This document shows positions 10,841 through 21,936 of a stretch of DNA of 64,000 bases, piece after piece. The stretch's first letter is position 1; every line of letters begins with the position of its first letter. This DNA is from Lutibacter sp. (lineage in GTDB: Bacteria; Bacteroidota; Bacteroidia; Flavobacteriales; Flavobacteriaceae): the NCBI RefSeq assembly GCF_016342705.1, contig NZ_JAEINV010000006.1, forward strand, positions 103,344-167,343. Reading direction: 5' to 3'. Both the position numbers and the translations under genes were made by a program. The notes below the pieces were generated by a model. That model was given only the letters and a program-made list of their open reading frames with translations, did no database searches and was not told the origin of the DNA.

Positions 10841-12595
10841 ATGAAAGAATTAAAATACTTAAATAAATACTTTTTAAAATATAAATACAGACTTTTAGTT
10901 GGAATTGTAATCACGGTATTTTCCAATATTTTAGCATTACAAGTCCCGCAATTTATTAAAGAATCTTTAGATATTGCTGAAGATTATAGAAATGGAATTG
11001 TCACCGATTTATCACTTGTAAAAGCCGATTTGTTAAACAACATTTTATTAATTATTGGGGCAGCACTTTTATCTGGATTTTTTACTTTTTTAATGCGGCA
11101 AATGATTATTGTGACATCAAGACTAATTGAATTTGATTTGAAAAATGAAATTTATGCACAATACCAACGCCTTTCTTTAAACTTTTACAAGAAAAATAGA
11201 ACAGGTGATTTAATGAACCGAATTAGTGAAGATGTAACCAAAGTGCGTATGTATTTTGGCCCAGCAATTATGTACTTTATGAATATGCTAGTACTTTTTA
11301 TAGTTGCTATCCTTAAAATGTATGATATAGATCCGGTTCTAACAAAATACACACTTTTACCATTGCCAATATTATCGGTTTCAATTTATATTTTAAGCAG
11401 TATTATTCATAAAAGAAGCACCATTGTTCAGCAATTTTTATCAAAATTAACTGCCAATGCGCAAGAAATATTTTCAGGAATTAGCATTGTAAAATCTTAT
11501 AGTATTGAAAACAAAGTAATTGAAGATTTCACTACATTAAGTGATGAAGCAAAAGATAAAAACATAGAATTTTATAAAGCGCAAGCATTATTTTTCCCAT
11601 TAATGGTGCTGTTAATTGGTATTAGTAATGTTTTAGTAATTTACATTGGTGGTTTACGCTATATTGAAGGAACTATAACTCTAGGAGTTATTGCCGAATT
11701 TATAATGTACGTGAATATGTTAACGTGGCCAGTTGCAGTAGTTGGTTGGGTAACCTCTATTGTGCAAGAAGCCGAAGCATCACAAAAACGTATTAATGAG
11801 TTTTTAAAACATCAGCCAGAAATTGTTAATACAAATTTAAATTCTTCTGAAATTTTTGGAGCTATTGAATTTAAAAATGTTTCTTTCACGTATGATGACA
11901 CCAATATAGTGGCTTTAAAAAATGTAAGCTTTAAAATACCACAAGGAGAAACATTGGCCATTTTAGGAAATACAGGTTCTGGAAAATCAACTATCATAAA
12001 TTTAATTGCTCGCTTATATGATGTTGATAATGGCGAAATACTAATTGATAATAAAAATATTAAAGATTTAAATTTAGATAATTTGCGCCAAAACATTGGT
12101 TTTGTTCCACAAGAAGCCTTTTTATTTTCAGACACCATTAAAAATAATATAAAATTTGGTGATGAAAATGCTTCAGATGAAAAAATTGAAAAAGCAGCAA
12201 AAGATGCTTATATCCATCATAATATTATAGAATTCAATCAAGGATATAGCACTTTTATTGGTGAACGTGGCGTTACTTTATCGGGTGGACAAAAACAACG
12301 GATTTCAATTGCCAGAGCCATTATTAAAGAACCTAAAATTTTAATTTTTGACGATTGTTTATCTGCCGTTGATACTGAAACAGAAGAAATTATTTTAAAT
12401 AATTTATATAAGGTAAGCAAAGGAAAAACCACTATAATTGTTAGTCATAGAATTTCATCAATTAAAAATGCCGACAAAATTTTAGTAATAGATAATGGTG
12501 CAATTATACAACAAGGCACACACAATGAGCTGGTTAATATAAAAGGCTACTATAAAGAGTTATTTGAGCAACAACTTTTAGAAAAAGAATTATAA
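10841..12595 (+). CDS. ABC exporter, fused permease/ATPase
   Basis: TMD plus NBD (GNTGSGKS, LSGGQKQR, DDCLSAVD); ATG 10841 preferred over TTG 10826. Confidence 0.9.
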   Translation: MKELKYLNKYFLKYKYRLLVGIVITVFSNILALQVPQFIKESLDIAEDYRNGIVTDLSLVKADLLNNILLIIGAALLSGFFTFLMRQMIIVTSRLIEFDLKNEIYAQYQRLSLNFYKKNRTGDLMNRISEDVTKVRMYFGPAIMYFMNMLVLFIVAILKMYDIDPVLTKYTLLPLPILSVSIYILSSIIHKRSTIVQQFLSKLTANAQEIFSGISIVKSYSIENKVIEDFTTLSDEAKDKNIEFYKAQALFFPLMVLLIGISNVLVIYIGGLRYIEGTITLGVIAEFIMYVNMLTWPVAVVGWVTSIVQEAEASQKRINEFLKHQPEIVNTNLNSSEIFGAIEFKNVSFTYDDTNIVALKNVSFKIPQGETLAILGNTGSGKSTIINLIARLYDVDNGEILIDNKNIKDLNLDNLRQNIGFVPQEAFLFSDTIKNNIKFGDENASDEKIEKAAKDAYIHHNIIEFNQGYSTFIGERGVTLSGGQKQRISIARAIIKEPKILIFDDCLSAVDTETEEIILNNLYKVSKGKTTIIVSHRISSIKNADKILVIDNGAIIQQGTHNELVNIKGYYKELFEQQLLEKEL

Positions 12596-12676
12596 AAAAG
12601 TTAAAATAACCCAAATATTTTTATAGATTTGTGAATGAATCTAAATAAATACGATTAATTAAATAGAAAGTTTATT

Positions 12677-13048
12677 ATGAGTGAAAACGAACATTTAGAA
12701 CAAGAAGAGATATTCTCACAGGTTCTGAGAGCGGGAAGAAGAACTTACTTTTTTGATGTAAGAGCTACAAAAGCAGAAGATTATTACTTAACTATTACAG
12801 AAAGTAAAAAATTTACACACGACGATGGATCATTCCATTACAAAAAACACAAAATTTATTTATATAAAGAAGATTTTGAAGAATTTAATGAGATGCTAAA
12901 AGCTGCAACTGATTATATTTTAGATGAAAAAGGTGAAGAAGTAATTTCTGAGCGTCATCAAAAAGATTTTAAAAGACCTTCAGATGATGAAAGCGATGAT
13001 ACTGTAAGCACTGAAAGTTTTACAGACGTAAATTTTGAAGATATTTAA
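12677..13048 (+). CDS. PUR-family DNA/RNA-binding protein (DUF3276)
   Basis: RAGRRTYFFDV, YLTITESKK, KHKIYLYKEDF. Confidence 0.85.
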   Translation: MSENEHLEQEEIFSQVLRAGRRTYFFDVRATKAEDYYLTITESKKFTHDDGSFHYKKHKIYLYKEDFEEFNEMLKAATDYILDEKGEEVISERHQKDFKRPSDDESDDTVSTESFTDVNFEDI

Positions 13049-13066
13049 TAAGAATTCAAACAGCAT

Positions 13067-13098
13067 AAAAAACCCAACTTAATAAGTTGGGTTTTTTT
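13067..13098. terminator. Bidirectional intrinsic terminator
   Basis: AAAAAACCCAACTT-AAT-AAGTTGGGTTTTTTT between convergent genes. Confidence 0.75.
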
Positions 13099-13132
13099 AT
13101 GAGTAAAAAAGCTATTTAAATAAAATCAAAAC

Positions 13133-13260
13133 CGGCATTCTGAACTTGATTCAGAATCTCATCATACTGATCTTCATAATTTTGAGAACCTGAAATGAAT
13201 ATTCACAATTTCTTTAATAAAAAATAATAAAGGAATGAGTAATCAAGTTCAAGTTGACGA
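13133..13260. repeat. Degenerate REP/MITE-like palindromic element
   Basis: CATTCTGAACTTGATTCAGAATC hairpin; TGAACTTGATT (13141) is the inverse of AATCAAGTTCA (13241). Confidence 0.5.
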
Positions 13261-13304
13261 AAACTATACTTTTTAGATAACCTCTCTTTTGTTATTTTTA
13301 TACT

Positions 13305-14501
13305 TTAATTAGCAAGTACTTGTTGTACTTTATCTGCAGCTTCTTGAAATTCAGTAGCTGAAATTACATCCAATCCACTTTCGTCAATTAATTGTTTAGC
13401 TTCCACAGCATTGGTTCCTTGTAAACGCACAATAATTGGAACTTTAATAGCATCGCCCATATTTTTATATGCATCAATTACACCTTGCGCAACTCTGTCG
13501 CAACGTACAATTCCACCAAAAATATTTACTAAAATAGCTTTTACATTATCATCTTTTAGGATAATTCTAAAAGCAGTTTCAACACGTTTTGCATCTGCAG
13601 TTCCACCAACGTCTAAAAAGTTTGCAGGTTCACCTCCAGATTGTTTAATTAAATCCATAGTACTCATAGCTAAACCAGCACCATTTACCATACAACCAAC
13701 ATTTCCGTCTAAATCTACATAATTTAAACCTGCTGCGTGTGCTTCAACCTCAATATCATTTTCTTCACGTAAATCACGTAAAGCAGCTAAATTTTTATGA
13801 CGGTATAATGCATTATCATCAATAACAACTTTAGAATCTACTGCTAGTATTTTATCATCTGAAGTTTTTAACACTGGGTTAATTTCAAATAATGATGCAT
13901 CAGAATTTACAAATGCTGTATAAAGCGATGTTACAAACTTTATCATTTCTTTTAAAGCATTACCAGACAATCCTAAATTAAAAGCAATTTTACGCGCTTG
14001 AAATGCTTGAATACCTAACAATGGATCAATATCTTCTGTAAAAATTAAATGTGGTGTTTTTTCAGCAACTGCTTCAATATCCATACCTCCTTCTGTAGAA
14101 TACATAATCATATTTCTACCTGTTCCTCTATTTAACAGCACAGACATATAATATTCTTCCGGTTCATTATCTCCTGGATAATAAACATCTTCTGCAATTA
14201 AAACCTGATGTACTTTTTTTCCTTGTGGAGGTGTTTGAGGTGTTTTTAACATCATTCCAATAATGCTTTCAGAAATAGATGCTACTTCTTCTAAACTTTT
14301 TGCTAGTTTAACTCCTCCTCCTTTTCCTCTTCCACCTGCGTGAATTTGAGCTTTAACTACCCACCAACCAGTTCCAGTTTCTGTAGCTAATTGCTTTGCT
14401 GCTTCAACCGCTTTTTTATGATTATCTGCAACAATTCCACGTTGAATTCTAACGCCAAAACTGTTTAACAATTCTTTTCCTTGATATTCGTGTAAATTCA
14501 T
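13305..14501 (-). CDS. sucC: Succinyl-CoA ligase beta subunit
   Basis: MNLHEYQGK, KAQIHAGGRGKGGGV, GCMVNGAGLAM, NFLDVGG. Confidence 0.97.
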   Translation of the reverse strand: MNLHEYQGKELLNSFGVRIQRGIVADNHKKAVEAAKQLATETGTGWWVVKAQIHAGGRGKGGGVKLAKSLEEVASISESIIGMMLKTPQTPPQGKKVHQVLIAEDVYYPGDNEPEEYYMSVLLNRGTGRNMIMYSTEGGMDIEAVAEKTPHLIFTEDIDPLLGIQAFQARKIAFNLGLSGNALKEMIKFVTSLYTAFVNSDASLFEINPVLKTSDDKILAVDSKVVIDDNALYRHKNLAALRDLREENDIEVEAHAAGLNYVDLDGNVGCMVNGAGLAMSTMDLIKQSGGEPANFLDVGGTADAKRVETAFRIILKDDNVKAILVNIFGGIVRCDRVAQGVIDAYKNMGDAIKVPIIVRLQGTNAVEAKQLIDESGLDVISATEFQEAADKVQQVLAN

Positions 14502-14663
14502 TAGAAATTAGGTTTATTTTTAATAAGTATTCGCAAATGTAATAAATCAAAACTGAACTATTATACTGATTTTTCAAAAGTTTACAATTTTGCAAGCTTT
14601 TTCAATAATCTTGTAGCCTATAATTTCAAACGATTTCATTAAAAAATATAGGAATCAACAACT

Positions 14664-15359
14664 CTAACCTAAAACACTTATTTGTTCTAATTTTTTGAAG
14701 TCTAAAATTTCAATTTTTCGATCATTTACATTTAAAATTCCTTCTTTATTAAATTTAGACAAGGTATTAATTACACTTTCTTTAGAATACCCTAAGATTT
14801 CAGCCAATTCCTTTCTAACAACAGGTACCGTAAAATTTGGCGATTTATAAATTGCTGCAAAATCTAACAATAAAATAGATAAAGCTCCATCAATGTTTTT
14901 TTGAGAAAGTCTGGTCATACTATGAAAGAGTCCATTTGCAATACCAGACATGTGTTTAATTAACGCTAAGGAGAATGATCCATTGGTTTTTATAAATTTT
15001 TCAAACACATCAATTTCAATAAAACTAACTTTTGTGTTTTCCAGCGCAACAGCCGTAAAGTCGAAGTTTTTAAAAGCAAAACAACATATTAATCCAACAA
15101 AACTATGAGATTGAACCAAGCCTAAGGTTGATACTTTATGATCATTCAAAACCTCTAACTTTACCAATCCTTCTGTTACATATAATAAGTTAGTTATTAC
15201 CGCTCCTCTTTTAATTATTATTTCACCTGCATTAAATTCTAAATCTGTTTTATGTTGTACCAAAAGTTCTTTTTCTTCTTCTGATAACATATTTAAACAT
15301 TCTTTTGCATTTAAAAAATTACATTCTAATGGTGGTTTTTCTTTTAAAAAATCAGGCAT
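14664..15359 (-). CDS. Crp/Fnr family transcriptional regulator
   Basis: cNMP-binding domain plus C-terminal HTH (RKELAEILGYSKESV). Confidence 0.85.
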   Translation of the reverse strand: MPDFLKEKPPLECNFLNAKECLNMLSEEEKELLVQHKTDLEFNAGEIIIKRGAVITNLLYVTEGLVKLEVLNDHKVSTLGLVQSHSFVGLICCFAFKNFDFTAVALENTKVSFIEIDVFEKFIKTNGSFSLALIKHMSGIANGLFHSMTRLSQKNIDGALSILLLDFAAIYKSPNFTVPVVRKELAEILGYSKESVINTLSKFNKEGILNVNDRKIEILDFKKLEQISVLG

Positions 15360-15518
15360 CTTTTTTCATTTACATTCTTAGCAATGTAAAATTACATCAT
15401 ATATCATAAATAAATACATAAAACCTCATAAAATTTACTGACCACAAATTCAAGGCAAGAGCCCTATTTCATTGTAATTTTACAGTACTATTTATAAGTA
15501 TTTTTAATTCAAAAAAAA

Positions 15519-15752
15519 ATGAAAAAATTAGCCTTAAAATCAGCACTATTAATACCTACTTTTATATTTTCCACTTTTTTAATTATGACAATTGTAGGCT
15601 GTACATCTTGTCTATTTGGACTTGATCACAACTATTTTAGTTGTGCATATTGCAATATATTTAAAGTAATTACCCTAATATCCATTGTAGCGTACTTAAC
15701 CATTTTATATTTAGATATAAAATTGGTATATAAAAATTCATTTAAAAAATAA
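15519..15752 (+). CDS. Small two-TM membrane protein with CxxC motifs
   Basis: 77 aa, two hydrophobic helices, CTSC and CAYC. Confidence 0.6.
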   Translation: MKKLALKSALLIPTFIFSTFLIMTIVGCTSCLFGLDHNYFSCAYCNIFKVITLISIVAYLTILYLDIKLVYKNSFKK

Positions 15753-15798
15753 ATGAAGTTATGTAAGGTAGTTTTTCAAATATTAAATAACTTTTAAA

Positions 15799-15933
15799 AT
15801 GAAAAATTTAATTTTAAAAATAGCAATTTTAACTCCTCTAATACCAATAGCACTCTTTATTATAGGCATTTTTATACTTTCTTATGTTGAGTATGTAATT
15901 ATGATTTTTAAATTGTATTCACAAGTTTTATAA
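15799..15933 (+). CDS. Small hydrophobic ORF (44 aa) with N-terminus similar to 15519 ORF
   Basis: Manual translation MKNLILKIAILTPLIPIALFIIGIFILSYVEYVIMIFKLYSQVL. Confidence 0.45.
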   Translation: MKNLILKIAILTPLIPIALFIIGIFILSYVEYVIMIFKLYSQVL

Positions 15934-16083
15934 AATACTTAATTTTATAAATTACAATTAGCTATTATTTTACAAAATTGTAGGTTAATAATTTACAATA
16001 AATGTTTTTATTAACATTTATTTAAGATGAATTCAGTGATATGTTAAATATTTTAGCACTCTGTATTCATACCAAAATCTACA

Positions 16084-18498
16084 ATGAAGAAATTCATCAT
16101 CCTTTTTTATATACTTTTTCAAGTAAACGCTAGTGCTCAAATAAATGTAAACCCAAAATCTATAAATGCTTTAAGAATTTCATCCCAGCCAACCATAGAT
16201 GGTGTTTTAGATGAAACTTTCTGGAAAAATGCAGATACTGCTAAAGATTTTATAATGTTTAGGCCAGGAATTGGAACTATTGAACCCAGCGGTAAAAAAA
16301 CCGAAGTAAAAGTAATTTATGATGATGAAGCAATTTATTTTGGCGCATTATTATATGATGATGACATAAAAAATATTCCTTTAGAATCTGCAACTAGAGA
16401 TAATTTTGCCCAAACAGATTGGTTTGGAATTATGCTAAACCCTTTAAATGACGGGCAAAACGATACTGAATTTTTTATTCAAGCTACAGGAAATCAAGGA
16501 GATGCAAAAGCATCTATTAACGATGAAGATTTTTCTTGGAGCGCCGTTTGGGAAAGCGCTGTTAAAATTGACCACGAAAAATGGGTTATTGAAGTAAAAA
16601 TACCTTATTCAGCTTTGCGTTTTTCAAATCAAAATGTTCAAACTTGGGGATTAAATTTTCACCGAAGAATGCAAAGCACTAAAGAGCAATATACTTGGAA
16701 TCCAATAGATAAAACAAAAGGAAACATTCAACAATATGCAGGTATTTTAAATGGTATTGAAAATATATCTCCTCCTATCCGATTAAGTTTTTTCCCGTAC
16801 ACATCCTCATCATATTCTATGTATAACGGTGAAAATAGTTTTGATACAAATTTTGGTATGGATGTAAAATATGGAATCAGTGAAAGTTTTACATTAGATG
16901 CTACATTAATTCCTGATTTTGGCCAAACCGCATTTGATGATGTTACGTTAAACTTAGGACCTTTTGAACAACAATATTCTGAAAAAAGAGCCTTTTTTAC
17001 AGAAGGAACAGAATTATTTAGTAAAGGTAATTTGTTTTATTCCAGAAGAGTTGGAAACAGGCCTTCCACCCAAATTGATGAAACTGATTTAGGTTCTAGT
17101 GAGGAAATTTTAGAAGAACCGGCTGACGTGAAAATGCTAAATGCCTTAAAAATTTCTGGGCGTACTAAAGGAGGTTTAGGAGTTGGCTTTTTTAATGCCA
17201 TAACAGAGAAAGCTGAGGCTAAAATAAAAAATAATGACACTGAAGAAATAAGAAAAGTTGTGCTTGAACCATTTGCTAATTACAATGTATTAGTTATTGA
17301 TCAACAATTCAATAAAAATTCATCCGTGAGTTTTGTAAATACAAGTGTTATGAGAGAAGGATCTTATAGAGATGCGAATGTTTCTGCATTACTTTTTGAT
17401 TTAACCAACAAAGCAGATAAATTTAAAATTGAAGGTGGCGGTGGAATGAGCTATTTAAATGAATTTGATGAAACTACCAAAGGTTTTTTTACAGATATTG
17501 CAATAAGAAAAATTAGCGGAAACTGGCAATATGGTCTTGAACATCATTTACAAGATGATAAATTCAATAAAAATGATTTAGGCTTCCAGCGAAGAAATAA
17601 TTTTAGCAATTTTGAGTCTTACCTTAGCTATCAAACATTTGAACCAACAGAAAAATTTGACAGTTATAATATGTCATTTTGGGTAGATGTAGATTATTTA
17701 TACAAACCAAATACCTATACAAGTAATGAAATAGGAATGCGTTACGTTTTTCAAACTAGAAAATCTAAACTTGCATTTGGTGGAATGGCAGAAACTTCTA
17801 TTGGTAACCAATTTGATTATTATGAACCAAGAGTTGCGGGTAGATTTTATAAGAAACCAGGAAGAATAGCAGGAAATCAATGGATTTCTACAGATTACAG
17901 AAAGAAATTTGCCTTTGATGCCAACTTTTTTATAGCATCTAGATTTAACGATGATAATTATTATATTGAAACTAGTTTCTCTCCACGCTATAGAGTAAAC
18001 GACAGACTTTCTTTTATTTACAACTTAAATTTTTCAACAGACACTAACGACAAAGGTTTTGTAGATCTTTTAGATGATGATTCCATTATTTTTGGAAAAA
18101 GAGATTCAAAGTCATTTACCAATGCCATTTCTGGGAAATATAATTTTAGCACAAAATCTTCTTTAAACCTTACATTTCGTCATTATTGGTCGCCTGTTGA
18201 ATATGATAATCAATACTATTTGTTAAATAATGAAGGATTACTTATTAAAAACCCGTATTCAGCAAATCATGACATCAACTACAATATTTGGAATTTTGAT
18301 TTAAGCTACTCTTGGGAGTTTGCGCCTGGAAGCCAACTAATTGCCTTGTATAGAAATTCAATTTTCAACGAAGATCAATTGGCTGATTTAAATTTCAAAG
18401 AAAATTTAGACAACTTATTTGATGAATCTATGTTTCATAATTTCTCCTTGCGCTTAGTATATTATATTGATTATAATAAAGCTAAAAATTGGTTGTAA
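16084..18498 (+). CDS. DUF5916 / CBM9-like outer-membrane protein
   Basis: Signal peptide, PTIDGVLDE, EVKIPYSALRF, LDATLIPDFGQ, YSEKRAFFTEG. Confidence 0.8.
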   Translation: MKKFIILFYILFQVNASAQINVNPKSINALRISSQPTIDGVLDETFWKNADTAKDFIMFRPGIGTIEPSGKKTEVKVIYDDEAIYFGALLYDDDIKNIPLESATRDNFAQTDWFGIMLNPLNDGQNDTEFFIQATGNQGDAKASINDEDFSWSAVWESAVKIDHEKWVIEVKIPYSALRFSNQNVQTWGLNFHRRMQSTKEQYTWNPIDKTKGNIQQYAGILNGIENISPPIRLSFFPYTSSSYSMYNGENSFDTNFGMDVKYGISESFTLDATLIPDFGQTAFDDVTLNLGPFEQQYSEKRAFFTEGTELFSKGNLFYSRRVGNRPSTQIDETDLGSSEEILEEPADVKMLNALKISGRTKGGLGVGFFNAITEKAEAKIKNNDTEEIRKVVLEPFANYNVLVIDQQFNKNSSVSFVNTSVMREGSYRDANVSALLFDLTNKADKFKIEGGGGMSYLNEFDETTKGFFTDIAIRKISGNWQYGLEHHLQDDKFNKNDLGFQRRNNFSNFESYLSYQTFEPTEKFDSYNMSFWVDVDYLYKPNTYTSNEIGMRYVFQTRKSKLAFGGMAETSIGNQFDYYEPRVAGRFYKKPGRIAGNQWISTDYRKKFAFDANFFIASRFNDDNYYIETSFSPRYRVNDRLSFIYNLNFSTDTNDKGFVDLLDDDSIIFGKRDSKSFTNAISGKYNFSTKSSLNLTFRHYWSPVEYDNQYYLLNNEGLLIKNPYSANHDINYNIWNFDLSYSWEFAPGSQLIALYRNSIFNEDQLADLNFKENLDNLFDESMFHNFSLRLVYYIDYNKAKNWL

Positions 18499-18536
18499 TA
18501 AAATATAAATTGTATTTTCACCTTTTATTTTAAAGC

Positions 18537-19199
18537 ATGATTGAAGCAAAGGAAATCCATAAATTTTATGGTGAATTAGAGGTTTTAAAAGGTGTTAAAT
18601 TAACCATTAAAAAAGGTGAAGTAGTTGCTATAGTTGGCCCATCTGGAGCTGGCAAAACAACGCTTTTGCAAATCTTAGGAACATTAGATCAGCCAACCAA
18701 AGTTAAAAACGCCGAATTAAGCATAAACAACACCAATTTATTAGAATTAAAAGACAAAACATTGTCTAAATTCAGAAATAAACATATTGGTTTTATTTTT
18801 CAATTCCACCAATTATTACCAGAATTTACAGCTTTAGAAAATGTTTGTATTCCAGCATATATTGCTAATATTTCTAAAAAGGAAGCTGAAATAAAAGCCA
18901 TTGAATTACTTACTTTTTTAGGCCTTTCAGACAGAGTGCATCACAAACCAAATGAACTTTCTGGTGGTGAGCAACAACGCGTGGCTGTTGCAAGGGCTTT
19001 AATTAATAATCCTGACGTTATTTTTGCTGATGAACCGAGTGGAAATCTTGACTCTGCATCCGCTAAAAATTTGCACGAACTCTTCTTTACTTTGCGCGAT
19101 AAATTTAATCAAACCTTTGTGATTGTAACGCACAATCAAGAGTTAGCAAATATGGCCGACCGCAAATTAGAAATGAAAGACGGTAAAATAATTAACTAA
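18537..19199 (+). CDS. lolD: LolD-like ABC ATP-binding protein
   Basis: [32 protein letters not shown]. Confidence 0.8.
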   Translation: MIEAKEIHKFYGELEVLKGVKLTIKKGEVVAIVGPSGAGKTTLLQILGTLDQPTKVKNAELSINNTNLLELKDKTLSKFRNKHIGFIFQFHQLLPEFTALENVCIPAYIANISKKEAEIKAIELLTFLGLSDRVHHKPNELSGGEQQRVAVARALINNPDVIFADEPSGNLDSASAKNLHELFFTLRDKFNQTFVIVTHNQELANMADRKLEMKDGKIIN

Positions 19200-19209
19200 A
19201 AACATAAAA

Positions 19210-19944
19210 ATGGTTGCAATTATTAGTGCAATGCAAGAAGAAATTCAAGCATTACTGCATAAATTACAAAACGTTTCTACCATAGAAAAAGGAATGCGAA
19301 CGTATTATACCGGAACGCTTTTTAACAAAAAAGTAGTGTTGGTATTTTCGCGCTGGGGAAAAGTTGCTTCCGCAGCAACCACAACACAACTTATTAACGA
19401 TTTTGATTTAGAAGAAATTATTTTTACAGGTGTTGCTGGTGCCATTCACCCTAATTTAAATATTGGTGATGTAGTTGTTGGTAAAAACCTATTTCAACAC
19501 GATTTAAATGCAAGTCCGTTTTATAAAAGATTTGAAATTCCAATTATTAAAAAATTGTTTTTAGAAACAAAAAATCCAACAAAATTAATAGAAGCTACTT
19601 CAACATTTTTAGAAAATTACAACAAGTATATTTTAATAGAAGACGCTAAATTATTTGAAATAACAGCACCAAAATTAGTATTGGGAGATATTGCCAGTGG
19701 CGATCAATTTATATCAAGCATAAAAAAAATAGCCAAGTTAAATAAACAAATTCCTTCTGCCATTTGTGTGGAAATGGAAGGCGCTGCTGTAGCGCAAATT
19801 TGCTATGAATACGCTATGCCTTTTTCCATTATTAGAATTATTTCCGATAAGGCCAATGATAATGCAACCATCGATTTTTCAAAATTTTCAAACTCAATTG
19901 CCAGCAATTATGCTTTAGGAATTTTAGAAAACTATTTTGCATAA
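19210..19944 (+). CDS. mtnN: MTA/SAH nucleosidase
   Basis: ISAMQEE, GKVASA, ASGDQFI, VEMEGAA, RIISD. Confidence 0.9.
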   Translation: MVAIISAMQEEIQALLHKLQNVSTIEKGMRTYYTGTLFNKKVVLVFSRWGKVASAATTTQLINDFDLEEIIFTGVAGAIHPNLNIGDVVVGKNLFQHDLNASPFYKRFEIPIIKKLFLETKNPTKLIEATSTFLENYNKYILIEDAKLFEITAPKLVLGDIASGDQFISSIKKIAKLNKQIPSAICVEMEGAAVAQICYEYAMPFSIIRIISDKANDNATIDFSKFSNSIASNYALGILENYFA

Positions 19945-19986
19945 GTTAAAATTGAATTTTATATCTTTGAAAAATCCTTTTAAAAA

Positions 19987-21936
19987 ATGCAGTTTAAACA
20001 TCCTGAAATTTTATATGCATTAGCACTACTTATCATCCCGATATTAGTCCATTTATTTCAGCTACAACGTTTCGAAAAAATACCATTTACAAACGTTCAT
20101 TTTTTAAAAAATATCATTCAACAAACTCGCAAAAGTTCTAAGCTCAAAAAGTTCCTAATTTTACTTACCAGAATGGCAGCTTTTACTTGCTTAATTTTTG
20201 CTTTTGCACAGCCTTATTTTTCGGATAATTCATTACAACAAAATTTCAGTACAACTATTTTTTTAGATAATTCTTTTAGTATGCAGGCTAAAGGAGAAAG
20301 TGGAGAATTATTAAAAACTTTAGCACAACAAATTATTGAAAATACCAATTCAAAAAACAGTAAATTCTCCTTAATAACCAATGACCACGAATTTATAAAT
20401 ATTGACGAGAAAACGCTAAAAAACGAGTTAATAAGTTGTGAATATTCTACAAATAGATTAGATTTAAATACCATTTTATTAAAGTTAAATAGTTTAAATT
20501 CAAAATTAACTAACACTTTAAATAAAAACATCATATTATCTGATTTTCAATTTTTTAAAACGGATGACAAACTCAATTTTACAAATGTAAACAGCGCTGT
20601 AAACTTAGTAAAAGCAGTACCAAAAAAATTTACAAACATTTTTATTGATAGCATTTATACTTCTAATGAAAACACCTCTGAAATTGTACTTTCAATTGTT
20701 GTGAAAAGTACTAAAAATAGTGAACGCTCCTACCCAATTTCTTTATTGAATGGTTCAAAATTAATTGGTAAATCAACAGCTAAATTTAACAATTCTAATA
20801 GTACAATTGTTCAGTTTACTATACCAAATACGTCAAATTTTAAGGGTACAATTTTGTTAGTTAATGATGATTTAGAGTTTGATAACTCTTTCTATTTCAC
20901 TATTTCAAAACCGGAAAAAATCAATGTATTTTGCATTGGTGAAAACGCTCCTTTTTTAAATAAAATTTATACTAAAAATGAGTTTAATTTCACTTCAAAT
21001 CAGCTTCAAAATTTAAACTATAATATATTAAAATCGCAACATTTAATTATCATAAATGAGCTTGAAAATATTCCTATAGAATTGTCTAAATCGCTGAATG
21101 AATTTTCAAAAAATGGAGGAACTATTGTTGTAATTCCTTCAAATAATTCAAACATAAATTCATACAATAGTTTTTTTAATGAATTTAATATTGGGAAAAT
21201 TTCAACCAAAATTGAAGAAGATCATAAAGTTACTTCTATTGTTTACGAGCATCCTTTATTAAAAAACGTTTTTGAAAACAAAGTGACAAACTTTCAATAT
21301 CCAAACACATCTACCTATTACAAATCGCAATTTAAAAACCATGCTCCTATTTTAAAATTAGATAGTAACGAGCCTTTTATTACTTCAATTAACGGCTCTT
21401 TATATTGGATTGCTTCACCGTTGAATAAAGAAACTTCTAACTTTACACAATCTTCTTTAATAGTTCCTATATTTTATAATTTCGCTAAAAATAGTTTAAG
21501 AAGTGCTGAGCTGTATTACACTATTCAAACAGAAAATACAATTGAAATACTTACAACTATTGAGAAAGATAATGTCCTTAAAATTGCATCAGAAACATCC
21601 GAATTTATTCCGCTTCAAGAAATTTCACAAAATAAAGTTACTTTAAAAATGGATTCGGCTAATTTAAAAAGTGGATTTTACACTGTTAAAACAAACACAA
21701 ATACTATAAAAACAATTGCTTTTAATTACAATAGAGAAGAAAGTAATTTAAATTATTTAGAGCTAGAACCTTTGATTAAAAATGCTGAAAACGTTTCAAT
21801 TTCATCAAACCTTGACAATTTTTTTGATGAAATTTATAATGATCAGAAAATCAATTGGCTTTTTAAATGGTTTTTAGCTTTTTCTGTGCTATTTTTGTTA
21901 ATTGAAATGCTGTTATTAAAATATTTCAAAATATGA
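19987..21936 (+). CDS. BatA N-terminal domain membrane protein
   Basis: MQFKHPEILY..PILVHLF..AFAQP; C-terminal TM. Confidence 0.8.
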   Translation: MQFKHPEILYALALLIIPILVHLFQLQRFEKIPFTNVHFLKNIIQQTRKSSKLKKFLILLTRMAAFTCLIFAFAQPYFSDNSLQQNFSTTIFLDNSFSMQAKGESGELLKTLAQQIIENTNSKNSKFSLITNDHEFINIDEKTLKNELISCEYSTNRLDLNTILLKLNSLNSKLTNTLNKNIILSDFQFFKTDDKLNFTNVNSAVNLVKAVPKKFTNIFIDSIYTSNENTSEIVLSIVVKSTKNSERSYPISLLNGSKLIGKSTAKFNNSNSTIVQFTIPNTSNFKGTILLVNDDLEFDNSFYFTISKPEKINVFCIGENAPFLNKIYTKNEFNFTSNQLQNLNYNILKSQHLIIINELENIPIELSKSLNEFSKNGGTIVVIPSNNSNINSYNSFFNEFNIGKISTKIEEDHKVTSIVYEHPLLKNVFENKVTNFQYPNTSTYYKSQFKNHAPILKLDSNEPFITSINGSLYWIASPLNKETSNFTQSSLIVPIFYNFAKNSLRSAELYYTIQTENTIEILTTIEKDNVLKIASETSEFIPLQEISQNKVTLKMDSANLKSGFYTVKTNTNTIKTIAFNYNREESNLNYLELEPLIKNAENVSISSNLDNFFDEIYNDQKINWLFKWFLAFSVLFLLIEMLLLKYFKI

